From the NCBI GenBank assembly GCA_038087875.1, contig CM075988.1:14696001-14760000 (forward strand): a stretch of DNA of 64,000 nt, in the 5' to 3' direction. This DNA comes from Malacoraja senta. Taxonomy: Eukaryota. The notes beneath the pieces are model-generated. The model saw only the letters and a list, made by a program, of their open reading frames with translations. It was not told the origin of the DNA and ran no database searches. A program made the position numbers and the translations under genes. Of the stretch, positions 36,201 to 47,420 are shown one piece after another (the stretch's first letter is position 1; each line of letters begins with the position of its first letter).

Positions 36201-38042
36201 TCGTTTTAGATGTATACAAATTCTCGTAAAATTGCGCAAATCTTTTATTAATATCCTTCGGTGTTGTTAATAATTCCCCTTTATCTGATTTGATCTTTGG
36301 TATAGTATGTTCCTTTTCTCGTTTTTTTAGCTGGCGAGCCAAAAGTTTATGCGGTTTATCCCCAAATTCAAAGTGCTCTTGTTTTGTAATTTGAAAAAGT
36401 CTTATAAGTTTGGCAGATAATAATTTATTTAATTTAAATTTTAAAATTATTATTTTATTATGTTTATCTATTGATGGATCTTTAGCATTATCTATATCCA
36501 TTTGTCTAATAAGTTCTTCTAACTGTCTTTGTTCATTCTTATTCTTTTTATTTTGAAAAGCTTGATATGAAATTATAATACCCCTAATGTATGCTTTAAA
36601 AGATTCCCAAAGTAAAGTAGGCGATATATCTGAAGTATCATTTGTTTGAAAAAAGACCTCCATTTGTTCTTTTAAATATATACTCGCTTGTGGATCTTTT
36701 AAAATTTGAGAGTTAAATCTCCAGAATGAATTATTCTTAGACAATCCTTCCAGTTTTAAAAAGAAAGTTAGTGGAGAATGGTCTGAAATTGAATTTGTAT
36801 GATATATTGCATTAGATGTTTGGGGGATTAATTTTGTATCCAGCAGAAAGTAGTCTATACGTGAGTATGTCTTATGTACCATTGAGTAAAACGAATATTC
36901 CCTGCCAGTTGGATTCACAATTCTCCAAACATCTGCTATATTAGTGTTGTTTATGTAGGTATTGAGGAGTTCCCCAGTTTTCGATTTCATATTCCCTCTC
37001 TGTTTTTGACTTGATTTATCTAAGTACGGGTCTAAAACACAGTTAAAGTCTCCGCCTATTATAACATTTTGATAGTTTGACTCTGCAATTATATTGAAGA
37101 TTTTATTGAAAAAGTGGGGGTTATCAAAGTTAGGGGCATATATATTTACCAAAGTAAGTGGAGTGTCATGGATTTCTCCATTAACTATTAGGTATCTCCC
37201 TTCTATATCTGTTATAATATTCTTTGCTTTAAATGGTATACCTTTTCTTATGATAATTGACGTGCCTCTAGATTTTGAAGTGAATGAAGAGTGGTATGTT
37301 TGACCTATCCATTTCGCCCTCAGCCTAACTTGGTCCTGAGGTTTTAGGTGTGTTTCTTGTAGGAAGGTAATGTCAGAATTATACATTTTTAGCTGAGCTA
37401 ATATCTTACCCCTTTTGATAGGTTCATTAATACCTCTTATATTCCAACTACAAAATGAGACTCCTCCTAGGTTCTTTTGTGTGGTGTCATGCATTTTGAA
37501 TAATTATAGTACCTTTGAATCTTGTGGTGCGTCCATATCCCAGGTCTTTAGGTATTGGGGGAGTTTTTGAATTATTAACTTTTGTTGGTATGTCCATATT
37601 ATTCTTATCACTAAACACAAAACACAAACAAGTGATTTTATGTAATAAAAAAAAAACTAAAAATGTGAGGCTACAGTGTCTATAGTCGGCACTGTAGCAA
37701 GTGACCCACCTGTAGGTGGGAAAAAACCTTATTTTGACTTCCATTGCGTTGTTGCTCAACTCGCTCCGCTCTCTTAGTTAATCATAACATATTAAAATAT
37801 TAAAACGAGGCCTCACATTCATATATATAATACAATTTTACCCTGATATTTCCTTATAACATATATATATATCAGAGTTTAATTATTAAACCAATATTTT
37901 TGATTTCAATAAGAATCAGCTGTTGGTTGAAGGGGTTAACGAGACGTGCTCCTGGACATAAGCCAGGAGCTCGTTTCTCATCCCCTCCTCCCGCTTATAG
38001 ACAAGGTTACAATTTATTAAAAATTCATATTAGTATGTTAGT
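33294..38042 (-). mobile_element. L1-clade LINE, 5'-truncated (no ORF1)
   Basis: 9-bp TSD TCAAATTAT at 33285-33293 and 38043-38051; minus-strand AATAAA and A-rich tail at 33294-33322; ~400-bp 3' UTR; ~550 bp upstream of ORF2. Confidence 0.93.
33703..37494 (-). CDS. L1 ORF2p: APE endonuclease, reverse transcriptase and C-terminal CCHC
   Basis: 1263 aa without interruption; SWNIRG, LQETH, GGDFN, SRIDYF, SDH; PGPDG, DAEKAFD, QGCSLSP, YADD; CDKC-X8-H-X4-C. Confidence 0.97.
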   Translation of the reverse strand: MHDTTQKNLGGVSFCSWNIRGINEPIKRGKILAQLKMYNSDITFLQETHLKPQDQVRLRAKWIGQTYHSSFTSKSRGTSIIIRKGIPFKAKNIITDIEGRYLIVNGEIHDTPLTLVNIYAPNFDNPHFFNKIFNIIAESNYQNVIIGGDFNCVLDPYLDKSSQKQRGNMKSKTGELLNTYINNTNIADVWRIVNPTGREYSFYSMVHKTYSRIDYFLLDTKLIPQTSNAIYHTNSISDHSPLTFFLKLEGLSKNNSFWRFNSQILKDPQASIYLKEQMEVFFQTNDTSDISPTLLWESFKAYIRGIIISYQAFQNKKNKNEQRQLEELIRQMDIDNAKDPSIDKHNKIIILKFKLNKLLSAKLIRLFQITKQEHFEFGDKPHKLLARQLKKREKEHTIPKIKSDKGELLTTPKDINKRFAQFYENLYTSKTIIDSNNITKFLDTCNLPKLELKEQEELGAQISIKELEDTINSLKNGKTPGPDGFTNEFYKNFYDKIIPRLQKMYQYAFKKRILPDTLAESTITLIPKKNKDLEEPGSYRAIALLNTDQKILAKTLARRLSKYISKLINPDQTGFIPKRYSSNNMRRLLNIMHSHKSEDQELSIISLDAEKAFDQVEWNYMDKVLQKFQLGENFILWIKLLYNKPTARILTNNILSSKFQLSRGNRQGCSLSPQLFALIIEPLAEKIRIHPDIHGYNTKDSYNKISLYADDILLYITKPQITIPNILNLIEDFGSFSGYRINWNKSEIMSIKPKDSTHLLKFPFKIATEKFKYLGIEITRAYQGMLRANFDPLLNKLNTLIKFWKTLPMSLIGRINAIKMIFLPQILYLFQSIPIYLPKKFFKKLDSDITNFIWDYKSHRIQKTHLNKSKVLGGLALPNFMYYYWSVNIKNMIQLMDNSAQQVDWIVMEKEDCSSRNIGAILLSPMKLNNINYNKNPIIHSTIRIWKQIKQNLKLRNLSLLLPIVNNPSFSPSIIDKAYTQWDRLGIKTLGDLYETGKLLSFQQLQIKYKLGNNQYFKYFQICDYLKKYIKDHHNNPADVLDEAMQIKAESANLISYLYNIILNVQIPSTEGIRRDWEQELAIKISKESWNEYLLKVHKCSINVRHTLIQFKILHRLYYSKTKIHKIFPNVSSICDKCQSQEATIAHSFVFCTKIQKFWNEIFEIFTKLFKTRLIPKAEWIIFGITEDDPELNVFQKKLMDYGLITGKKLILKFWKKAPIPTINMWISNMFETLHLEEIRLLLAGKPDHFHLTWSAFIELLQT

Positions 38043-38069
38043 TCAAATTATAAGAGGTATGTGGATCGA

Positions 38070-39060
38070 TCTGTTAAATGGAGATGAGTTGGTAAATGTA
38101 GATGGTTGGTGAGTAGGTTTGCTGAAGACACCAAGATTGGAGAAGCTGCAGACAGTGAGGAAGGCTCACAGAAGATACAACGGGATATCGATCAGTTGCA
38201 TAAATGGGCAGAGAAATGGCAGATGGAGTTTAACCCCTGCAAGTGTGAGGTGATGCACCTTGGGAGGTTGAATACAAGGGGAAAGTATACCGTTAATAGC
38301 AAAACCCTTAACAGCATTGGTGTGCAGAGGGATCTTGGATTCCAAGTTCATAGCTCATGAAAGGTGGCAGCTCAAATAGATAGGGTGGTAAAGAAGGCAT
38401 ATGGGTTGCTTGCCTTCATTGCAAGGGGTATTGAATATAAGAGTCGGCTAGATAGACTCGGCTTGTACTCGCTAGAATTTAGAAGATTGAGGGGGGAATC
38501 TTATAGAAACCTACAAAATTCTTTAGGGGTTGGACAGGCTGGATGCAGGAAGATTGTTCCCGATGTTGGGGAAGTCCAGGACAAGGGGTCACAGTTTAAG
38601 GATAAAGGGGAAATCTTTTAGGACCGAGATGAGAAAAACATTTTTCACACAGAGAGTGGTGAATCTCTGGAATTCTCTGCCACAGAAGGTAGTTGAGGCC
38701 AGTTCATTGGCTATATTTAAGAGGGAGTTAGATGTGGCCCTTGTGTCTAAAGGGATCAGGGGGTATGGAGAGAAGGCAGGTACAGGATACTGAGTTGGAT
38801 GATCAGCCATGATCATATTGAATGGCGGTGCAGGCTCGAAGGGCCGATTGGCCTACTCCTGCACCTATTTTCTATGTAAGAGTCAGGACGTCATGGTGCG
38901 ACTCCATAGGATTTTGGAAAGGGCGCATTTGGAGTATTGTGTATAGTTGTAGTGGCCCCATTAAAGGCAAGATGTGGAGTCTTTGGAGAGGGTGGAGAGG
39001 AGGTTTACCAGAATGCTGTCTGGATTAGAGGGCTTTTGCTTTTCACTGATATGTCAGAGG
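38070..39060 (+). mobile_element. Old CR1 RT fragment split by a young CR1
   Basis: SRFAEDTKIG...WQMEFNPCKCEVMHLG...KKAYGLLAFIARGIEYKS; resumes at 38877. Confidence 0.85.
38446..38876 (+). mobile_element. Young CR1 3' fragment, same subfamily as 3175-4263
   Basis: Near-identical to 3818-4247; 8-bp TSD TAAGAGTC at 38438-38445 and 38877-38884. Confidence 0.93.
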
Positions 39061-39066
39061 ACTGGA

Positions 39067-39570
39067 GAATGCTGGAGAAACTCAGCGAGTGAGGCAGCGT
39101 CTATGGAGCGAAGGAAATAGGCAACGTTTCGGGTCGAAACCCTTCTTCAGACTGATGTGAGGGTGGGGAGGGGGGCGGGAGGAAGAAAGGAAGAGGTGGA
39201 GCCAGTGGGCTGAGGGAGAGCTGAGAGGGGGAGGAGAAAGTAAGGACTACCTGAAATTAGAGGTTAATGTTCATACCGCTGGGGTGCAAACTACCCAAGC
39301 GAAATATGAGGTGCTGCTCCTCCAATTTATGGTGGTTCTCATTCTGGCCATGGAGGAGGCCCAGGACAGAAAGGTCGGGTTCGGAATGGGAGGGGATGTT
39401 GAAGTGCTGAGCCACCAGGAGATCAGGTGATTGCGAACCAAGCGGAGGTGTTCGGCGAAGCGATCGCCAAGCCTACGCTTGGTCTCACCGATGTAGAGCA
39501 GCTGACATCTAGAGCAGCGGATGCAATAGATGAGGTTGGAGGAGGTGCAGGTGAACCTCTGCCACACCTG
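39067..39570 (-). mobile_element. Penelope-like element 3' end (GIY-YIG endonuclease fragment plus terminal repeat)
   Basis: QRFTCTSSNLIYCIRCSRCQLLYIGETKRRLGDRFAEHLR in ORF 39271..39591(-), followed by the terminal repeat at 39067-39155. Confidence 0.92.
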
Positions 39571-40349
39571 GACATGCTTGTCAAGGAGCACTTAATGAGT
39601 TACTCACTGGTTGACTACATAAAGCAATGAACTTGTAACTTATTATTCCGGTAGATAGATGTGTAAAGCAAAGACAAGACACAAGTGCATGTCCTGAAAT
39701 ACCATGTAGCCATGAATTGCCCTGTAAAGTAAGGCTGTAATCCATTAATTTGAATCAATCACATGTCCACTGCAGTCCTATTTTATAGTCTGCTCTGGCG
39801 TTAAAGACAAATCAATGACCCCATTCAACGCCAAACTAAAGTCAGTCATTAACATCAAATAAAATATTTAGATCAGACTTCTGCCTCCAATGCAGTTACT
39901 GAAAAGGAATGTCTAAGTTAATCTTCATTCAGTACGAAGATCAACTTAGACACTCATTTTCAGTAACTTAAGTAAAAGCCTTGTAGAACGTTTCTATTCC
40001 TTCCCCATATAGCGGCTTAATAGCCCAGTCAGTGCTACAGCCTCACGCTTTGAGTGACTTGGGTACTTATATTTACCATACAGTAAAGGTCTTAGTGAAG
40101 AACCCTCGTGATAAAACAGATGAACATATTAGGCATGCAACTGCAACTAGCATTTGTGCTCATTCTCTGTGGCAGAAATGCTCACCTAAAGCCTGATGTT
40201 AACATTGGCTTCTTTTCTTCATTAACCAACTATTTCCTTCAGCTTCCCTCTCCCTCCCTGCCCTGGTGCCCTAACCAAATGGAAATGTTCAGAGCAAAAC
40301 TACTTTCAAAATAAATCTTTACCACAAACGTACAATCCACGCGTCCATT

Positions 40350-41110
40350 TAGGCCTGGAGCCTCTGATTCTTCTTTGAGTTCCCCTTCACCAACACAGTC
40401 ATTCAATAGGCAATAGATGTCCTTCCTTGATTAACTTCTCTCTCACTACCATTCACTTTCACTAGATCGAAGGAGCAGCTCTGATCACTAGCATGGGCCC
40501 AAGCCATGTCCATCTTATTGTGGGAACAGACTTAGTTTCAGTCACCTTCTATACTCTTTCACTCAACTTTTCTTCCAAAACATTGTGGGCTGTATTGGCA
40601 CTGCTTCCTGAACCCACACAGAACTCAAACATGTCACCACTTTTTCTGACATTCCCACTCTGCTCTCGCCTTCACATGGTTTACCTCAGGCTCTTCCTTC
40701 CCCATACTGGAGCTCTTTGTTTATGGCCCAGGGGATATGTAGCCACAAACATCCTCCACAAACTCTCATGGCTATACTTCCTCTCGTCCTGCTGCCTGTG
40801 AGGATTCCTTTTGTTCTCCTGGTTCCTCTTCATTATATGTGCTCCAATGATGAGACTTTCCATGTAGACTGAACTGGTATGATTTCCTTCTTCCTGGACC
40901 ATGGCTCCCCCTCTCAAACATTGATCCCCACCTTTCACTCCACCAGCCTCTGCATTCAACGCCGTCTCCAACAAGATTCCATCACCAGACACGTTACCTC
41001 CTTCCTTTCTTTTTCAACATTTCCTTGTGACCATTCCCTTTGTGACTCCCTGGTTCAAACTTCCATCCCTTACCAACCTCCCCCTGGGATTGTATCTCTC
41101 TACCTGTAAT
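40350..41110 (+). mobile_element. Old Penelope-like RT relic
   Basis: Remnants resembling MGPS.A.L, F.W, TNSH.Y.SS.PA.C and TFHSTSLCIQ...QDSIT.H. Confidence 0.6.
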
Positions 41111-41254
41111 ATTCCGTACCATATCTCGCTATGTGTAATAGTCGTTGATGTTGCTGATCAGTGGATTTGGTGATGATCTCCACCAGGTATACAGATGGAT
41201 CTAGAGATGACTCAGGTGTCCAACCTGGAGTCATAAGGAGGCATGTTAGTCTAA

Positions 41255-41600
41255 TCTAGCTAAACATCTGGGCTGGCAAGGTGCCACCGCACCAAAGATG
41301 CCACTTTCCGCATGAGATATCAAACCTGCCACTGCTGTAAAGATCCCATTAAAATACTTTAAAGGATAGCAGGAAACCTCGCCAGGGCCAGTGTGAGGGC
41401 AATATCCCTCAATCAACATCATTAAAGAAAACCTGAACTGGTCATTATCACACTGTTGTCTGTGGGACTGTGCTGCGTGAAAATTGGCTGCTGCATTTTC
41501 AAGATTACAGCAACTATCACATTTCGGCAAGCATTCATTAGCTGGAAAGAACTTCAGAATGTTTTGACAAATATTATTACCAAGGAAGTCTGACTTTTTT
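41255..41600 (+). mobile_element. Deu-domain SINE (SacSINE1/AmnSINE1 superfamily) relic
   Basis: Collinear with the Deu-domain consensus as I recall it: GATGCC..TTTC.G.ATGAGA..T.AAACC, AAAGATCCCAT, CAATAT..CCCTCAA.CAACATCA, CTGGTCATTATCACA, AAATTGGCTGC. Confidence 0.75.
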
Positions 41601-42319
41601 TTATGAATGCCACTGTTATTTTTGGCATAACCCGCAGCTCAATTGTGTCACTGTAATACATGCTGAATCCAACAGATGTGCTTGAAGTTCCAAATGCTGC
41701 ATGGCCACGATGAGCAACGAAATCTGATGATGCAGCCCGGAGGTGTGGCTACACAATTGCTGTAGTGGATATTCTTGCTGTGGGAATTCTGAGCAGTAGC
41801 TGGGAGACACTGACATGCAGCCTCAGCTGAGCATATTCCATCAGTTACTGGTGCTATAACAGCACATAACTGCAGCTTGCAGCACAGAGAGGTTGGGCTC
41901 TCTTCCTCTCATTTGATAGTTTCAATCCTTAACTCTCCATTTGCACCCAAACCAAAATCATGAGTCTTTTACATTATGTGCCGATAAATGCATTCATCTC
42001 CACTGATAGCAGCATACTGGAATAATATATGAATGTTCCAGAATCAAACACTAATTGAGGCATTTTGAAATCAGGCAGAGACTGGATCCAAATAAATACT
42101 GCATTCACTTCACAACCAGCTTGAAAACCACACAAAGCTTATTCAGGTTAATTACACCAGGGCCAATGTTTCTGAACACGCAGGTCAGAGAGACTGTGAC
42201 ATATTCTATGGTGCATCGGTATTACCTATTGCTATGCAAAGTGCTTTCCAGACCAGAATTTTCCTGAACTTATTTTTCCTCGCATTTTTCCGGGTGGATT
42301 GTGTGAAAGCCAATACTGG

Positions 42320-43160
42320 CCAAATCCTTTCGGTCCATCATGTCTATGCCAACCATGATGTCATTTGACTGCATTTTCTCTACACCATTCCTGTCCAAAT
42401 GACAACCAAACATAACTTGTATGTTGTAATTCTATCTGCTTCCACCACTTCCTCTGGCAACTCATTTCAGAAAACCAATATCCTCTGTATTGAAAAACCT
42501 GCCCCTCATTTTTTTTTTAAATCTCTCCCCTCTCTTCTTAAACCCATGTCCTCTAGTTCTGGACCCACCTGCCCTGGGAGAAAGATTCTGACTATCTACC
42601 CTATCTGCTCTTTTCATAAATCTCTACATGGTCACAGTCAGCCTCCTACGCCCCAGTGAAAATAAATCCAGCCTAAAACTCTCCCCTCTACTTTCAGTCT
42701 AACTTTCCGACCCGAAACGTTACCCATCCTTTTTCTCCAGAGATGCTGAGTTATTTCAGCACTTTGTGCTTTTCTCCAGCCTATTTAATCATTCACTGTT
42801 ACTACCACATCCTTCCTGCAGTGTGGTGACCACAACTGTACACAATACTCCAAGTCCAGTAAGAGCAATGTCTTGTACAATTGAAACATCATGTCCCAAC
42901 TCTTATGCTCAAAGCCTCAGCCAATGAAGGCAACCATACCAAGTGTGTTTTACATTACCCTATACACTAATGTCACCACTTTCAGAGAACCACGGACTTG
43001 TATCTCAACATCTGTCTATATATCAGCTCTCCCAAGGTTCTTGCTATTTACTCTGTATGTCCTACCAGAAATTGACTTCAAGTGCATGACCACACACTTA
43101 TCTGGATTAAATTCCATCTGCCACCACTCTATCCAACTTCCCCATTGATCTACTGTATGT
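42320..43160 (-). mobile_element. Old CR1 fragment with a Penelope-terminus insert (42690-42775)
   Basis: Reverse strand gives WQMEFNPDKCVVMH and CR1 3'-end motifs. Confidence 0.7.
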
Positions 43161-44049
43161 CCCTTCCTTTCACTAGCTTGTATAAAGGTACACTAGAAAG
43201 GTTACAGCTCTTTGACCATCACCACCCAAAAATATCGCAACCACTACTGGTGATAACAATCCAGTCACCATGCTACTTATTAAGGATTTGAAGTCATCTC
43301 TGGTGCCCAAATCCCTGCTTCACTCATCATCATCTTTCTGCTGTCATCACCCTCACAAGGCATTATGCTGACAAACTACATTTGAATTGGGAGCCCTGAG
43401 CAGGGAAATTTAAACATGGAACATTTTGAAAACCACTTCAGAACATTGATAATAACCCAAATTGCATTTATTCAAATGTGCAAATCAGAAGAACATGCAG
43501 CCTGTGGAATAATCAGAAGTCATTGAGTGTGAATATTAAAAGTAATTTCAAAGCTAACTGTAAATGATCCAATCAGTCTTAATCAGGAACTTTCCTCTTG
43601 CAGCACGAAACCTTGGACTACTAGTTTCTCCTACTTTCAACGTGTTATCATAAATATTACAAGCAGTATTTCCATAATTGTTGATAGCAATGGGTATGTA
43701 AAGATCATTTTAAGATAATATTTTTAATGGTACCTTAAGAGTGATCTGTTAATCATTTCCTTAATTAAATCTGTAAGTGTCATCATTAATTGGTATAATT
43801 TGCTTACCAGATGTGTTCCAGTGCCATTTTTCAAGATGTCTGATATGAATGGATTTCAGATTAAGATTAATGATAAAAATAAATTATACAAATTATTACC
43901 TTTCTAATAACTGTGCTATCAAAGGAAAGGATATAATTCTAGAGACCTGTAATTATCTCAGTTTACTCTTCACACTGATTCTAAGCTCAGCTCTCCCTTT
44001 TTTCCAATGACGAGACACCAATGTGAGAAGTGGCATTTTACCCGGTGAT

Positions 44050-44200
44050 TGAGCCATACAGCGTGGAAACAGGTTCTTTGGTCCAACTTTCCCATGCCAA
44101 ACAATATGTCTCATCTACACTAGTCCCACCTGCCTGCATTTGGTCCATATCCCCCTAAACCTATCCCATCCAAATACCTGTCTGAACGGTTCTTAACATT
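44050..44200 (-). mobile_element. CR1 3' tail
   Basis: Similar to 630-775. Confidence 0.75.
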
Positions 44201-45924
44201 TAGCCCGAATTCCTCAAATTCTTCACCTTGCAACAAGGAAAACATTCAGTCTGCACTGTGTAGCACCAATGTACTCATCCCTGGTAAGATATTCTCATTC
44301 CACTCTCCTCTTTCAATTTTCAATAGTTGCTATTTGCTTTTACTGATCTGGCATGCTACCATTCAGTATTTGGTCTCGAGATCCCCCAGTTTGTCTGAAG
44401 CAAGTTGCAATAAACCTCTATTTAAGTTAACTATGTGGAACAGTAAAAGACCTGAGCCATGCAACAGAGGAAGCCAATTTTCTCATAACACCTTTGAGAG
44501 TTTTTTAGTCTCACTCCCCAATGCTTTCTCTGTTGGCCTGACATTTTTCCTCATCAGGAATAGATCTAATTAACTTTGTAAAGTTTGTATTAAATTTGCT
44601 TCCTCCACACTTTCAGGCGTTGCATCTCCAATCACAACTTGAAAGTGACTCCATTGTTTTTTTAAACCTTTTATTAAGTATCTGTGCATTTGTGCTGTAG
44701 TGGATGATGATGGTTGCTTCTGAGATGTGTAACTCTCTTCTGTGATAAAGTTCCATTTTTTATTATTGCTCTGTCGCCTGTGAAATGTTGGGACTGCACA
44801 AACATATTTATCCATTCACATACTCGATTTTCATTGCATTAATTGTTCTGTACTTAGTCAGCATCAACAGACACATGTTCGTGACACACAAGTCAATTAG
44901 TACCCCTCGTGTCATGCTTTTCAAATTTGAAAACAAACATCAAGACCAGATTTAGAGGCCGGCAAATCTCCCATACAAAGCTCTTCACTGCTGATTCTTA
45001 CTGTGGATCATTGTACAGGATATTCAGATAACACTGTTTACAGTACTCACTGCCTCCATGTCAAGCTGTTTCCAACATCACAAAAATTAGAGTCTGCTTC
45101 ACAAATCAAATATTGATAACTTCCTAATTCGGAGTCAAATGCTTCAGATCTGGACAATGTAATACTCAATACCAAATCCTGCATTGCCTTTAAAAGGTAG
45201 AATCAGAGAGTAGAAATGTAATGATTAGTAAATTCCCTTCTGTGGCAAATTCTCTTGCATGCGATATATCATATCCGATTTCCATGATGCTGAAACCTTC
45301 ATATTCAAGCGCTTTCCTTCTAACTCTTTGTTTCTATGGGTTTTATTGTACATGTATAATATTTATAAGCTTCTGCTTTCTTCATGCACATGTAACGTCT
45401 GTACTCCTACTGCAGAATGATATTCCTTTCTTTCCTGTATTCTTTCTTACATTGTTCACCTTCTCTCACCCCTCCTGTAAGCCTTTGGTGAGGCTGACTC
45501 AGCACTGACCTTCCATGTAGCATATTGCCCACCCACATGTGAAGAGGTTATTCTGCTCTACTCAAAACAGTCTGGTGTTGCTGCATCGTGAGCTTCACCA
45601 GCATCTCATGGATCACATTTGTCTTTTGTCTGCTGTTCCGGCAATTACACACTTTATAGCTGGATTGGTGAACCTTCCAGCTTGGGCTGTGATTAAACTG
45701 CTCGTTATCTACTTGGGAAGAATTAAAGAATGATTTCTGCAGGTGTTTTGTGCGACATTTATCCAGGAACTACATAGTGGCTGTATGAATTGTACATTTA
45801 CAAGTTAAGTAGATGTGCAACTTCATTTGCATTTTGTAAGATAAGTATTCTTTCATGATTTTGTTGAAATATATTATGAATGTTGAACCTAACACCCATT
45901 GTGGGATTTCAGATGATGAGCATT

Positions 45925-46160
45925 GGGCGGCGCAGTGGCGCAGCAATAGAGTTGCTGCCTCACAGCACTAGAGACCTGAGTTTGATCCTGACAATGGGCG
46001 CTGTCTGTACGGAGTTTGTACATTCTCCCTGTGACTGCGCAGGTTTGATCCGGATCCTCCAGCTTCCTCCTACACTCCAAAGACGTGCATGTTTTGTAGG
46101 TTAATTAGCTTCTGTAAATTGTAAATGGTGCCTAGTGGGTAGGTTAGTGGTAGTGTGTGG
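45925..46160 (+). mobile_element. HE1-like SINE, followed by an inverted SINE tail at 46180-46285
   Basis: GGGCGGCGCAGTGGCGCAGC head; V-SINE-like core. Confidence 0.85.
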
Positions 46161-47059
46161 GGTTAAAAGCTTTTCTTGCAAGTTTAGTGATCTCGTGTTG
46201 AAACAAGCCCTTCGGCCCACCAAGTCTACACCGACCAGTGATCCCCCCTCACTAACACTATCCAACACACACTATGGACAATTTCCAAGCACTGACATGA
46301 ACTCTGTATTCCAATGACCTTTCACCCTTGGCTGCAACCATAATTTCAACTCACGCGTGGTTCCCATCAACTAACTACAAGACGACCCTTCACACCTGTA
46401 CAGGCATTTACCCTGTCTCCAGTTCCATCGTACACTTCCCATTTTAAATATTATTCACATGTACAGAGCGCTTTGATTCCCAAGGATTTTGAACAAAACT
46501 TATCCCAGTGATCACTTGGAAGGTACAATTGATTAAACCGGTCCTCAGCTCTTCATAAATCACTAACGTTTGCCCTGACCACTCCTTATTTTATCAGAGC
46601 AAAATATGCCCCATTTGATTATTGCAACTTCCCAACCTTCCAGCAAATCGTCACCAGATCAGTGTGTATCATCCTTATCCTGTTTATTGGAAATTCATGA
46701 ATTGGTCAAATGCCATTCTGTTTGTTGCTTAACTGTTACTGCAACAAATAATAAGTTTTAATGGGGATAATTCTTGCCTAACCTCCACTATTATGAACAG
46801 GTTTGTCTCTTATAACAATTCTGATGTTTACCTTTCGAAGGAAGTTGAGAGCAAATCCAGACATGGCAATCTATGGTTGTTACGTGTGTGTCGAAAGTCA
46901 TACTTGTGTGTGACTTGTGTGTCGATAGTCGGTGTTGGGGGAATGAAACAGAGTTAAAGTCAGACTGCATCAAGTTTTAAACTATATGAACATCTTCAGC
47001 ATTTTTTTTCATCTCAGTTTTAAAAGTTCATCACAGAATGTCTTAATTGTTCATAACAG

Positions 47060-47420
47060 GTTGAGGTGGAAATTTTTTGGCCATTGACGATTTCCCATGA
47101 GTTAAAGACAGGTTGAAAGTTATGATGTTTGCATGGGGCATCAACAGGGAGGACAAGCAAATGAGTAGTGAGCCATTTAGGACTAATACAAGAAGAAATC
47201 CCTCACCACTTCAATTTGATGAACTTTTGAAACTTCTACCTCGGAGGGCAATGGAGGATCAGTATTAGTATATTCAAAATAAATAGATTTCTGGGAATCA
47301 AGGTGCATGGGGATCGTGCTGGAAAGTAGAGCCAAGGTAGAAGATCAGCAATGATCTTGATGAATGATGGACTAGGCTCAAAGGACCAGGTGGCCTATTC
47401 TTGCTACTAATCTTGCTGCT
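47060..47420 (+). mobile_element. Old CR1 3' relic
   Basis: Degenerate match to 3950-4240 (GATCAGC.ATGATC.T..TGAATG..GG...AGGCTC.AAGG). Confidence 0.6.

Noticed and set aside
44570..44815. Short unique-sequence ORFs (e.g. 150..449, 10916..11098, 44570..44815, 52731..53075, ~56848-56940)
   Set aside because: No recognisable domains or coherent exon chain; lengths are as expected by chance.
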